From Carpediemonas membranifera BICM (Eukaryota; Protista; Fornicata): DNA of 64,000 nt. The notes under the pieces are model-generated. The model worked only from the letters and a program-made list of their open reading frames with translations, ran no database searches and was not told where the DNA came from. The DNA is taken from the NCBI GenBank assembly GCA_019828565.1, contig JAHDYR010000024.1, positions 1 through 64,000 on the forward strand. The letters run 5' to 3'. This document shows, piece by piece, positions 12,061 to 23,605 of the stretch (within the stretch, counting starts at the first letter, position 1; every line of letters starts with the position of its first letter). A program made the position numbers and the translations under genes.

Positions 12061-12507
12061 CAGTAAGTACAAGATAGAAGCAAAGAAAGTAGTGTAAAGA
12101 TCATTCTGGAAGCGCCTTCCACATATTCCTCAGCGGCCGCCAGCTGCTTTTTGCCGGTAGAGTTCCAGGCCATATCGTCCGGTCGGGTCTTCTGCCTGGG
12201 TACTACAGGAACGAACACTGTATCACAGCCACCCCACTCCAGTTCGATTCGAGCGTCTACTGGACTGATTTTTCGGTTTTAGTGTAAACAACTGGGTATT
12301 GTCTATAAAGCCAGCGCAAGGCTGCAGCACGGGAAACAAGCTCAGTCCGGGGTCAGAATCCAAGCACCATAAATTTCTTTTCTTTCTTTCTTTCTTTTCA
12401 AGGCTGCAGCATATCTCCTTTATATCTGGTCGAGTATGCGGCCTCATCTCTTCTTTGAAGGTGAATGCGATCATCCCATGGTAGTGAGGTGATTCGATAC
12501 TGGGCGG

Positions 12508-13760
12508 TTACATATCAATAATCAATGATAGATCACGATGAACCCTCCAAACTCGTCCTCTTCTCTTTGTGTGGGGGTTCATGATGCTTCTGTAATCTTG
12601 GTGGTGTGTCTTGCAAGTTATTGTTCGATTATCGTGAACCGGCATGCCACATGCAATGCATCGGCCAGCAAATCGGGTTTCTCGAAGTGCTTCAACGGTG
12701 AGTTTGGCGGCAGCGAGCGTTTCCTGAGAGATTGTCACCTGGTCGTTGATCATCAGTGGTGTTGATGCGAACGTTGCTGCTAGGGCGGCGATATCGTTGA
12801 GATGTTCAGCGCACATCAAAGCTGTTGGTCTATCCTCCGGATTATAGCTGAGCATCCCCATTGCAAGGTCATAAAGGCTCCTATACTGTGTCGGAGGGCT
12901 TCCTCTCGTGCAGAGAGTCGGATTGATCATCAAACCACGGGCTGCATTCTTCTTCTTGCTGTGTATCGTGATTTCGCGGCCGTAGAAGTACGCCATGTTA
13001 TATAGAGCGCCAATATGCTCGTCTGGGTTACTTGGCTTGCCACCATCCACTCTCACAGATCGAAATGGAGACTTATCCAGTCGCAATGCCATCATGAGGA
13101 CGATAACGCCGCAGGAAAAGATGTCGTATGCCGCATCAACTGTGTGCATGTTGGTGTTTCTGGTTGTGGTGTTCCTGGAAGCCTGGAAGGGGTTCAAATT
13201 CTGTGGTTCCCGCATAGCTACTGTACAATGCTTCGATTTCCGACTGAGTTCGTCGGCACGAAGCTCGGGGGGATAAAACCAGGTGTCCCTCTCATGTCTT
13301 GTCCCATATACCTGTTAATCCCAGTAGGAGCCTCTATTTTGATGGCAGAGCCGAAGTCAATGAGTAATCCACCGTCTTCTCGGTTGAAAAGGTAGTTGTC
13401 GGGCTTGATGTCGCCGTGGATGAATCCATTCTCATGCACATGGCTGAGAGCTAACAGTAAGTGCCGCAAGTAGCGACATTGATCCGGTACTGGTAGTGCC
13501 AGAACGTCTCGCCACGACATATGGTCAACAAAGCGAGTGGCAAACGCTTGATCGCTGTCAACAAAGCCCACATCGACGATTGTAACAATAAATGGGCTTT
13601 TCATTGCCTGAAGTATCGTCTTTTCGTGTGTCAGGCGAAGTGTCATACAGTTATCGACCTTGACGACAGTTTTGACCCCGCTAATGTCGGCAATGTACGT
13701 ATTACTGTAGTTAGTCTTGTGTAGTTGCGTCAAATCGGCAGCGGAGAGCTTAAAGACCAT
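12508..13760 (-). CDS. Cdc7-like Ser/Thr protein kinase
   Basis: VVK, HEKTIL, FVDHMSWRD, YLRHLLLALSHVHENGFIHGDIKPDNYLF, LIDFGSA, RGTPGFIPP(E), DIFSCGVI, YNPEDRPTA; single-base slip in the C run near 13270. A further 3' exon is possible. Confidence 0.85.
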
Positions 13761-13764
13761 TTCC

Positions 13765-13829
13765 ACAGACGTCTGTTGCAAAAATGACTTTAAAGTGCGT
13801 TTTTGGCAGATTTTGCAACAGACGTCTGT
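13765..13829. repeat. 19-bp-arm inverted repeat just upstream of the kinase start
   Basis: ACAGACGTCTGTTGCAAAA (13765-13783) and TTTTGCAACAGACGTCTGT (13811-13829). Confidence 0.85.
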
Positions 13830-14258
13830 TGAAATTGGTTTTGAGTACGAATTGTGAAATTTTGAGTCTATCTGCTGAATCAGGAGGCCATTTTGAGTAA
13901 TCTAAGACTCACCTCGAACATGTGTCAAATCTGGCAAATCAGAAGTCAATAAAAAAAGGGCAGAGAGGAGGAAGCGACCCATAAGGCGTACTTATGGACC
14001 ATTTCCTCCCCCCAGCCCGATTTTTGAGTCTGAACTCCCAAGGAATAATTGTCCCTATGTTACTTTTTTCTAGCAGGATTTAAAGCTCAAAACTACGCAT
14101 GAGTAGTCCTCATGTGTAGGCATGTATTCAACCTCATTTATAGATTATGAATACAGCTCGTTGTTGATTTTTTTTTCTTACCGAGTCGAAATGCTAGGGG
14201 AAAGCCCGAGGAAATTCCCCTACCCAATAAGGGAAATTCCTGAACCCTGGACAGTATG

Positions 14259-15188
14259 AAATCATCCTTTAGTGACGGGCATTCTCCTCTGCATTGCCGA
14301 GAAAAAGAGTTGATGTTGATTAGATGGTGACGAATGCATTACCGGACATTTGACGCGCACAACCTGCTTAATACTGCATAAAAGCATCGCTGATCGCTTT
14401 CTCTTCTGTTCTTCAACGCCCAAGGAGCGGCTTCCAGGTCGGCAACCGTTGCCGACCTGGACCCGTGCAGTTTATGCTTTTTCGGCCAACCGACGAAGTC
14501 AAGCTTGGCCAAGACACATACTGTGTACAAGGACCCTGGCAGGCTAGTTACGCCGCTCAGCCTCTGCATCCAGTTGATAATCACTCGCCATTTACTTCTG
14601 GTGCTTTTCCTGCTCTCTCTTCTCCATCACGTCGTCATACTCGGCCCTCGTCAGCCTCACAGTTGTCATCCCGGCATCACGGATGTGCTCAAAGGCCTCA
14701 ACGGGCAGCTTCGGCATCCCGTCCTCGCTGTCGCTGCTGCTGCCCAAGTCTGACTCGCTCTCGTGATAGCGGCGAAGGCGAATGCGTCTGCTGGGCACCC
14801 TGGTCTTCATAGAGTCATAGATCGGAGCGAGCCCACTTCCATTGGCCCCGCTACGGACACCCTCATCGGTATCTCTCTCAGACATATCACACTCAACCTG
14901 TTGTGACTGAAGAAATGACAGGTTGTCGACGAGGCTATCCTCGGCATCGCTGTCTGAACTCTCCTCATCCTCCCACTCTCCTTCCAGCATCTCCAACCCG
15001 GCCTCATCGTCAAACTCGCCCTCCACTGCGGTCTCCGGCATCTCTGCCTCGCCAGCTGTCTCGTCAAACAGCGCCTCATCGTCAGACTCACCCTCCCCCG
15101 TGTCGACCCCCATCGGGATTACGCTGGTCGTGGAGCTGGACCATCCTCATCCTGAGCTTTTTGTAAAGCCACCAGGTCGGCAGAGCTT
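14259..15188 (-). repeat. Inverted near-identical duplicate of ~22366-23313 (3' half of the YR-like gene plus the palindrome module)
   Basis: ORFs 14592-15113 and 14339-14584 are almost identical to the C-terminus of 21562-22980 and to 22988-23233. Confidence 0.95.
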
Positions 15189-15253
15189 AAGGTAATCCTG
15201 GCGCCCTCATCCTGGCGCCTCATCCCTGGCGCCGTCATCCCTGGCGTCCTCTC

Positions 15254-15658
15254 CCTCATAAATCTGAATCATCTTCTTGTCTTGCTCCCGATGTTGTCAT
15301 TGCTGTTTTCGTGTCCACAAGCATTCCAGTCTCATTATAATGTTTATTCAGTACCAAATCATCCTTTAGTGACGGGCATTCTCCTCTGCATTGCCGAGAA
15401 AAAGAGTTGATGTTGATTAGATGGTGACGAATGCATTACCGGACATTTGACGCGCACAACCTGCTTAATACTGCATAAAAGCATCGCTGATCGCTTTCTC
15501 TTCTGTTCTTCAACGCCCAAGGAGCGGCTTCCAGGTCGGCAACCGTTGCCGACCTGGACCCGTGCAGTTTATGCTTTTTCGGCCAACCGACGAAGTCAAG
15601 CTTGGCCAAGACACATACTGCGTACAAGGACCCTGGCAGGCTAGTTACGCTGCTCAGA
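15254..15658 (+). repeat. Palindrome-module copy 2
   Basis: Matches 17999-18320 and 14259-14558; contains the 29-bp palindrome at 15530-15558. Confidence 0.95.
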
Positions 15659-16548
15659 CTATGTCTAGAGACGTTCGGCTGGGCTCTGCACGGATGGAAA
15701 TGAACACTATCACGTCAAGCACCCAACAGCAAGAGACAACGGCTTTTAAGGAAGCTTTTGAGCTCTTTATGGACAAGTACTCGCTATTCACAATCAGTAG
15801 GCTTAACGAGGGCGAGAATAACGGTAACACAGCCAAAATCAGGGCCGATGTCCGCAGCTCGTTCTTTTCCGCTTGGCTATGCACTCAGTGTGGCAGTAAG
15901 TGGATGATGGAGAGAACGAACAGCCTTCTTGTGTCGTTCTCGGGCTCTGTGGCAGTCGACATTCAGACGACAGTCTTCGCAGGTTTCGGTGCTGGTGATC
16001 CGTCGTCAATGTCGATCGACACCACCCTCGCACTGCTCAAAGACGTGCAGGACTTGGTTGTTTGGTGTGACATTGCTGCTAAGGTGAGGCGCATGAGACT
16101 ACCGAGCGACAAGGTCAGGAAGGCGTGCATTACCATCGCACCGACGAGTGTGGCCAAGAGGGCTTACGCAATCGTCAGCCATCCTACTGCTTTCACGGTC
16201 TGGTGGGAGCACTATGCCCTTCGCAAGATTTCTCCTGAAGTCTTCAAGGACTTTATTGACTGGGCCAACTTTACGAGCACAGCCGATCTCGTCACTGGAG
16301 AGGTGACTGCTGTTCAGCTCACTGACACTGTGATGCACTATGCCATAGACTCTATCTCCAAGTTTGAGTCCGGCTATCACCTCACCAAGTGGGAGGAGCC
16401 GTGGGTGACCAGAACTTGGCAGAAACCGTGCGAGGCGACTGCAGACGCCAAACAAAAACAATCTGGTCGAAAACAAAACTACTCGCAGCTGGTATTGTCC
16501 GCAGCCTTCGCCTCAGGCTCGAAAGCTGTTGGAGCAGTTTACCCGTAG
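15562..16548 (+). CDS. Hypothetical protein (CxxC motif); first ~30 codons derive from the repeat module
   Basis: 328-aa ORF with CTQC; the real start may be an ATG at ~15661-15700. Confidence 0.55.
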   Translation: MQFMLFRPTDEVKLGQDTYCVQGPWQASYAAQTMSRDVRLGSARMEMNTITSSTQQQETTAFKEAFELFMDKYSLFTISRLNEGENNGNTAKIRADVRSSFFSAWLCTQCGSKWMMERTNSLLVSFSGSVAVDIQTTVFAGFGAGDPSSMSIDTTLALLKDVQDLVVWCDIAAKVRRMRLPSDKVRKACITIAPTSVAKRAYAIVSHPTAFTVWWEHYALRKISPEVFKDFIDWANFTSTADLVTGEVTAVQLTDTVMHYAIDSISKFESGYHLTKWEEPWVTRTWQKPCEATADAKQKQSGRKQNYSQLVLSAAFASGSKAVGAVYP

Positions 16549-16597
16549 CTCCTTTACTCGGTTTGGTAAGTAACACTGATAAATCAATGGATATAGT

Positions 16598-17872
16598 TTA
16601 CTCGTCAGGCTCTTCGACCTGAGGAACTGCCCCAGTTGAGACAACTTCCTCATCAGCTGTTCCAATCGCCTTATAAATGACAACTCTTCTGTCATCGCCC
16701 TCAAACTTCTTCTGGATGAGCGTGGTGAGGGACGAGTCATCCTCGGCAGGGGTGTCAAGCAAAAGATTCTTCAGACCAACATCCATGACAACGTTGGTGT
16801 AAGCGATGGTGTCAGGCAGACAGTGGCTCGAGAGCAGGTCCCAGAAGAGATTGGGGAAGAGAATCATGTATCTCACCACGAGAATATAGTGTCGCGTGAC
16901 GGTCCCAGGGTCGATGAACAACATCGTTGCCATGGAGTCACAAATCGACTTGACCATGCCGGCGTACGTCGCCCTGTAATTCCACACCTTCCGAGTTCCA
17001 TCGATAAGTTCTCTGGTGGGTCGCATCAAGGCCTCGCTAACCCTAGCCTGCAGTACCTCCAGCTGCTCGGTCGGGACGATGCAGTCGTCGATGGCCACAC
17101 CGTCATTCTCCAGCTCATTGTAGAGCTCCATCTGATATGCCACCCATGCGATGTTGCAGATGCGCTCGACACTCTGGACCCTCTCATTCCGAATGACCGA
17201 CTTCAGGTCTGACTTGGATATAAACTTCAGCTCCCTGGCGCCGGCTGCCTCAAGCTTGGTGGAACTAGCCCACGAGCTTAGGAACTGCTCCACATCAATC
17301 TCACTGGTAAGGAAAGGAAGCTTGCGCTTCGGCGCCTTGGCGCGGGCAGTGGGAGTTATGGCGGATGCGGATGCACCAGTGTCGGCGATGGCCACAGACG
17401 AGCTACCAACAGAGCCAGAAGAAGCTGACTCGGCGAGGGACATGGAAGGGACAGCCGAGCGGGTGCCAGAGCACGGGTCATCCGCTGAAAGCTGTCTGGC
17501 AGCAGAACCGGTGGGAGATGGGCCGGCGAGGGATGTAGCGGCGTCGCCAGCTGCGCGCCTGGCTGCGCGCAGGGCTCGGTCTGAAGGCTTGGCAGGATAA
17601 TCGACTTGCTCTGCGCAATCGGCGGAGCGAACGCGCTTCTCAGCAGGTTGCGGAGCTGCCTTGCGCACAATGGGCTCATCGCGTTCCTCGAACACGTTAG
17701 AGGCTGGAGCAAGCTCAAGAGCGGCGAGAAAGAGCTCCTCGGCACGTCCACGGGCGGAATCGTTGAAACGGTTGACAACGAGGACCGATTTCTCAGATAA
17801 CTTGTCCCGTCGCATACGATAGGACGTACCAGTGAGGCAGTGAAGCTCCTGAAGCATGTAATTGCTTTCCAT
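16598..17872 (-). CDS. Hypothetical protein with Ser/Ala-rich linker
   Basis: 424-aa uninterrupted ORF with ATG start; no recognised domain. Confidence 0.65.
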   Translation of the reverse strand: MESNYMLQELHCLTGTSYRMRRDKLSEKSVLVVNRFNDSARGRAEELFLAALELAPASNVFEERDEPIVRKAAPQPAEKRVRSADCAEQVDYPAKPSDRALRAARRAAGDAATSLAGPSPTGSAARQLSADDPCSGTRSAVPSMSLAESASSGSVGSSSVAIADTGASASAITPTARAKAPKRKLPFLTSEIDVEQFLSSWASSTKLEAAGARELKFISKSDLKSVIRNERVQSVERICNIAWVAYQMELYNELENDGVAIDDCIVPTEQLEVLQARVSEALMRPTRELIDGTRKVWNYRATYAGMVKSICDSMATMLFIDPGTVTRHYILVVRYMILFPNLFWDLLSSHCLPDTIAYTNVVMDVGLKNLLLDTPAEDDSSLTTLIQKKFEGDDRRVVIYKAIGTADEEVVSTGAVPQVEEPDE

Positions 17873-17998
17873 GTCGATTCCAGTAATGCGCGAAGAACAA
17901 GAACCTTGGGAACAACCATGGGAGCACCAGACGTACTGTTTACGAAGGAAGATGGCAGGCCAGGGTCCCCGGTCGATTCACCATGGCCTCTTCAGCGT

Positions 17999-18320
17999 CC
18001 TCATAAATCTGAATCATCTTCTTGTCTTGCTCCCGATGTTGTCATTGCTGTTTTCGTGTCCACAAGCATTCCAGTCTCATTATAATGTTTATTCAGTACC
18101 AAATCATCCTTTAGTGACGGGCATTCTCCTCTGCATTGCCGAGAAAAAGAGTTGATGTTGATTAGATGGTGACGAATGCATTACCGGACATTTGACGCGC
18201 ACAACCTGCTTAATACTGCATAAAAGCATCGCTGATCGCTTTCTCTTCTGTTCTTCAACGCCCAAGGAGCGGCTTCCAGGTCGGCAACGGTTGCCGACCT
18301 GGACCCGTGCAGTTTATGCT
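17999..18320 (+). repeat. Palindrome-module copy 3
   Basis: Matches 15254-15575; the palindrome at 18275-18303 has a central G instead of C. Confidence 0.95.
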
Positions 18321-18503
18321 CGCAACCAAAGTTGGTCACAGTTTCAATGATACGTGTTAACAATGCAACATAGACGGGTAAACACTGGTGTGAACTAATA
18401 TATCCTCGCTAATTCACGTGACGTGAGTGATGTTGCACTTGTGACTATGAACAGACTCCTAGTTAATAGTACCGATCAAATTACCGAATACTTCATGTCA
18501 TAT

Positions 18504-20488
18504 TTAGTTCTTACGTCTCCTAATCTTCACCTGGGTCGGCTTTGAGACCTTCCGCAAAGTTGCATGTCGACCCATCAACTGTATCACGTAGTTGATGTCG
18601 AGCCTGGCGCACTCCGCCCTAAAACTCTCCAGCGCTCTACTCTGATCGCCATCGAAGGGACGCCGCACTGTCAATGCATTGCCCTTCTCGTTACGGTAAA
18701 TGTGCGTGATCATCTTCTCATCAATGTTGACAAGCATGGTCGGCTTCCCTGTCATCGAAGTCCACACTCTGATTGCTTCAACGCATGCCCATCTCGTCAC
18801 TGTCCCGTCACTATTGACGTGCCCAGGAAACAGCTCATCCAGAAGCTCTATCTCTGTCATCTTTGAGAATACGGCCATGGTCCTTGCGTGGGCGAGGAGC
18901 GTCTGGCGGTAAGCTGTCGCCTCATCCTCAGCCTTGAGCTTCTGCGACAAGGGCAATTTGCGTCTGAACGCAGTAAATGTTCTCAGACCCGACATCATCA
19001 TCAGGCAGTGAATGATGCAGTTCCCATAACCCAGGGTCGGATACGTAGGCCAACCTGAACTCGGAAGCCTTGTCGTGATGATCATGTCGAATGCCACAGT
19101 TCGGTTGTAGCGGGTTGGGTCAGACCTGGCGTTGACCACTCTTCCGCTCTCCTCGGTTTCACCCTCCTCCTCTGCCCCACCCTCCTCGTCTGACTCGGCC
19201 TTCTCTTCCTCCTGCTCCTCCTCTGACTTACTCTTGGCCGGAGAGTGCTGTGCGATGATATCCTTCATCTCAGGCGTAAAGTTGAGGTCTATGGGGTCTG
19301 CCAGGTCATTCGGAGCGGTTGCTTGTGCAGACGCTGAGCAAACATCCTCGTCGTCGCCGGAGTTGCCGCCCTCGAGGTCGCCAAAGTGCAGCTCCTCCAT
19401 CAACTCATCCGCCACTGGCTCCTCTTCCTCCTCTGACTCGACCTCCTCCACTGGCTCCTCTTCCTCCTCTGACTCGACCTCCTCCACTGGCTCCTCTTCC
19501 TCCTCTGACTCCTCCTCCGAGTCCTCTGGCCTGGCCTTCTCGGGCGTGATGATGAGGGCCTTGCGCTTCACAGACATGGCTGCCTGCGCCTCGTCCGTAT
19601 CGCGTCGGGGACAGGAAGTCCTGGAGACTGTGCCAGACTGTGGCGGGATGGGGCTGCATGGGAGTGATGCATCCATGGACTTGTCAGCGTCATAGGCTGC
19701 CTCTCGCTCAGCCTGCTGCTGCAGAAGGCGTCGATGCAGCGTGATGACTTCCTCACTCTTTGCCGTCAAGCTCTTCCTCAACTGCTTGACTCTCTTCTTG
19801 TATCCTCGAACAATTTTGTGATAGTAATCGATGATAGCGCCAGTACCTGGGGGGAGCAGGGGCGTACCTTCTCCCGCGGGGGTCTCCAACCATTCCAGGG
19901 CGATGATGTACTCTTCGAAGTACGAGCGGCAGGAGTGCTTCATGTAAGCAAGGTCTGCCTCCTTGCTGCGCACCCTGGCAACCATTGCTGTGACATGGTC
20001 GCGCACAAGCGCGTTGGTGGATGTCGCGTTGCGCCACGCCCGAACCTTGACACTCAGCGCCTCTTTTTCGATACGCGCGCCCTCATTCTCCTTGGCATAC
20101 TCAGCCCTCTTGGAGTTCTTGAAGGCTGTGACAGCGGCCGACTCAAACGCCTTCATCTCCTTCTCCGTGAAGATTGCCTCGATGTTCTCGTTCGAGGTCT
20201 TATCCTGCACCTGCTGAGACAGCAATGCCTCGAGTTCTGCCTTCTTCTCGCCCTGAATCTCGAAATATGAGCACAGGTGGTTAAAGTTGATCCCTATATA
20301 AACATTTGCACCAATTACGTACCGTTCTTGACGACTATATCGAAGATATCGTTCTCGTCGAGCAATTTGTCCCGAAGAACGGCACTCTTCGCCTTGTTTG
20401 TCTTCTTCTCCTTGAATTCGGTGATAACGGCCTCAATCACATCATCTGAGGTGCTCTCGATCCACTCGTGAAGGAATTCGAACGTCAT
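18504..20488 (-). CDS. Coiled-coil/acidic protein with C-terminal OTU-like protease
   Basis: 573-aa ORF plus an upstream exon (MTFEFLHEW); GYGNCIIHCL...RWACVEAI...VIQLMGRHAT fits OTU; 36-bp tandem repeat encoding EEEEEPVEEVES at ~19412-19519. Confidence 0.7.
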
Positions 20489-21618
20489 TCTTCTCTTCGT
20501 TATATCCCAATAATGGACATATAACAGAGATGAGAAAATTGCCAGTAACCGTAGGCAACGGGGTGTCGGAAACGTTATACCATACAAACGGGGGATATAA
20601 TCGCTCCGAAAACATCCATTATGTGGACTGAATGGCGATATAACGTATGGGGAGTGATCCGACGAGCTTTCGGGCGGTGCAGGCTAAGACACACCAAGTC
20701 TGTGGTGCTATAACGTACCTCGGGACGCACTGTGGAGGCCCCTAGAGTACTCGGTCATGGCATGTCAGACCAAGGGTCCCTCAAATCTGGCCCCATTCAG
20801 GATGCTCCCCCTAAATGTTCCGTTGCAAGCGTCTGACGGAGGTTCTCTGGATACCGACCAAGATGGAGGTCACGTGGATCAACGGACGATAATTGCGGTA
20901 TTCTGGCCATGCCTGGTACTTTCAAATCAGCTGTACTGATCTATGCTCCATTTATAGTTCATATCGTATGGTCCTGGTGGACTTATAGTTGTTGATGTTG
21001 TTTAGGGATAATTGTTGCTTTAATGATGCTCTGCGCCCGCATACTGATGTTTCTTAGTGTTGTACACATGCCTACTACGTTAAAGCCGCCAGTATTCTTT
21101 CTATTCTTAAGTTCGCCATTTCAATCTCGTTGCGAGCATAAAGTGCACATTGTGAAAGGAAAGTGGGTGGTTATCTAATGGATACAGGGCAGGACAAGGT
21201 ACACAAATGCCGTCCTGAGGTTTGGCATGGGATACTGATTTCATACGTCTAAAATGGGCGGTTGGACCCGAATTTCAGAATTTCGGCATGTCCGAATTCC
21301 GAGGCAAGCGGGTAGGGTGTACAAAACCTGGCCTGGGTACCTATTAGAGCGAATAGAGAATGGCAGCACCATGGATTCGGTTTTCAGAATAATAATTGCA
21401 TTTGGATCGCCATTTCAGAATTACTTCCAGCACCGGAGATTATCATTAAATCTGGGAGTGTAACAACACTTTTAAAAAAATGAAAGGTCCCCATTCACCC
21501 ACTCAGGCCCTAGATCACGTATCTGAGCTCAGTTTGGGTCAATTCCCAATACTTTAGAGTTTTGTATGGTCGAAATTCTGGAATAGCAATCCAAACTGAA
21601 GCAGCAAAAACTCATCCC

Positions 21619-22980
21619 ATGGAGGCTGTAGCGGCAATAGACGAAGATATCATGAAGCGTTGGTTGAAGAATGTTCCAACCAAATCGCGTACGAACTACA
21701 ACAAGCTTCTGAAAGACGTTTTGGCCAGAATTTGTCAGGAAACCGCCACAGATATCCAGAAGGGCATCGCGATTGTTCGTAGTGACGAGCTGGTAACCCA
21801 TTTGCGCCGGTACCTCGCTGAGAAGCCTCTGGGGACGCAGAAGAAGATCGTTTCGGCTGTTCAGTCTTTCCGGAACTTCGACTTGCCACACCCCGCGAAG
21901 CCGTTGTCCTGGAAAGAGGAGGAAGAGGTGTCGCCTGCATCAGTTGAGAGTCTCCCCAGCCCGTATGGCGCCATTGCCATTCTGCTCAACCAGACGGGCT
22001 GGGAGTATTCGTATCTCCAAGGTAATCTCCCCGATGCGATAGACCTTACCTCGTGCCCGAGCTGGATGGGCTTTGGCACGCTCAAATCGGGATTCCCGCA
22101 GGCCAGTGCTGTATCGGAGGCGCTCAAGGTTCAGGGGTTGACGGTTCGCATGCTTCGCTTTGCGCAGCGGATCGACGTGTCCACCGATAGGATGCAGTCT
22201 ATCGGCACGCTAGAGCGCCGTGGCAGACCGCGGGAGAAGCCTCAGAAGGTCATTAAGGACAAGCGCATCAGCCTGACCGATGAGCAGTTCAGGCACCAGT
22301 TGGCGTCCAGTCACTTAACGACCACGCGGCGCCCAACGATCCTCGATCTCAACCCGGAGATCCGAAGCTCTGCCGACCTGGTGCCGCCGACGCTCGATAA
22401 CTGGCTTTACAACAAGCTCAGGATGAGGATGGTCCAGCTCCACGACCAGCGTAAGCCCGAGGGGGGCGACACGGGGGAGGGTGAGTCTGACGATGAGGCG
22501 CTGTTTGACGAGACAGCTGGCGAGGCAGAGATGCCGGAGACCGCAGTGGAGGGCGAGTTTGACGAGACAGCCGGGTTGGAGATGCTGGAAGGAGAGTGGG
22601 AGGATGAGGAGAGTTCAGACAGCGATGCCGAGGATAGCCTCGTCGACAACCTGTCATTTCTTCAGTCACAACAGGTTGAGTGTGATATGTCTGAGAGAGA
22701 TACCGATGAGGGTGTCCGTAGCGGGGCCAATGGAAGTGGGCTCGCTCCGCTCTATGACGCTATGAAGACCAGGGAGCCCAGCAGACGCATTCGCCTTCGC
22801 CGCTATCACGAGAGCGAGTCAGACTTGGGCAGCAGCAGCGACAGCGAGGACGGGATGCCGAAGCTGCCCGTTGAGGCCTTTGAGCACATCCGTGATGCCG
22901 GGATGACAACTGTGAGGCTGACGAGGGCCGAGTATGACGACGTGATGGAGAAGAGAGAGCAGGAAAAGCACCAGAAGTAA
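21619..22980 (+). CDS. Degenerate tyrosine-recombinase-like protein with acidic C-terminus
   Basis: WLKNVPTKSRTNYNKLLK...LRRYLAEKPLGTQKKIVSAVQSF resembles the integrase SAM-like core-binding domain; LLNQTGWEYSYL resembles box I with the catalytic R lost; VRMLRF resembles HxLRH. Confidence 0.5.
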   Translation: MEAVAAIDEDIMKRWLKNVPTKSRTNYNKLLKDVLARICQETATDIQKGIAIVRSDELVTHLRRYLAEKPLGTQKKIVSAVQSFRNFDLPHPAKPLSWKEEEEVSPASVESLPSPYGAIAILLNQTGWEYSYLQGNLPDAIDLTSCPSWMGFGTLKSGFPQASAVSEALKVQGLTVRMLRFAQRIDVSTDRMQSIGTLERRGRPREKPQKVIKDKRISLTDEQFRHQLASSHLTTTRRPTILDLNPEIRSSADLVPPTLDNWLYNKLRMRMVQLHDQRKPEGGDTGEGESDDEALFDETAGEAEMPETAVEGEFDETAGLEMLEGEWEDEESSDSDAEDSLVDNLSFLQSQQVECDMSERDTDEGVRSGANGSGLAPLYDAMKTREPSRRIRLRRYHESESDLGSSSDSEDGMPKLPVEAFEHIRDAGMTTVRLTRAEYDDVMEKREQEKHQK

Positions 22981-23605
22981 ATGGCGAGTGATTATCAACT
23001 GGATGCAGAGGCTGAGCGGCGTAACTAGCCTGCCAGGGTCCTTGTACACAGTATGTGTCTTGGCCAAGCTTGACTTCGTCGGTTGGCCGAAAAAGCATAA
23101 ACTGCACGGGTCCAGGTCGGCAACGGTTGCCGACCTGGAAGCCGCTCCTTGGGCGTTGAAGAACAGAAGAGAAAGCGATCAGCGATGCTTTTATGCAGTA
23201 TTAAGCAGGTTGTGCGCGTCAAATGTCCGGTAATGCATTCGTCACCATCTAATCAACATCAACTCTTTTTCTCGGCAATGCAGAGGAGAATGCCCGTCAC
23301 TAAAGGATGATTTGGTACTAACAGGCTTTAATAAGCATGTCAAGCCTGTGATCACGATAACAGCCTTCAATAACTACATCAAGGCAATACATCAAGAAGA
23401 TTGTTTAAAGAGACGGCGGGGAGCAAGATGCAGGGAGAGCGGCAGGGAAACGAAGGCATGGGGACAGGAGCCCGAGAAGAGCGCCTGGAGAACGGTGAGG
23501 AAGAACGGCGGGGAAGAGCAGCCGGGCGCATGGGTACACAAATCTGTCATCATGTGGCATCAACATTGCCACAGTGGTCAACTCAATAACAAGCAATGTC
23601 TTCAT

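Noticed and set aside
14230-14250. hAT-like terminus (CAGGGTTCAGGAATTTCCC on the minus strand)
   Set aside because: No partner repeat or TSD found in the window; it may still mark an element end but cannot be supported.
14339-14812. Short ORFs inside the repeated module (also at 15436-15644, 18181-18363, 22760-23233)
   Set aside because: They recur only because the DNA is duplicated, their starts vary between copies, and they show no domain signal.
14259-23319. CRISPR array or Helitron 3' end for the palindrome module
   Set aside because: Copies are kilobases apart with no spacer pattern or cas genes; no CTRR terminus at the expected distance from the hairpin and no RepHel gene.
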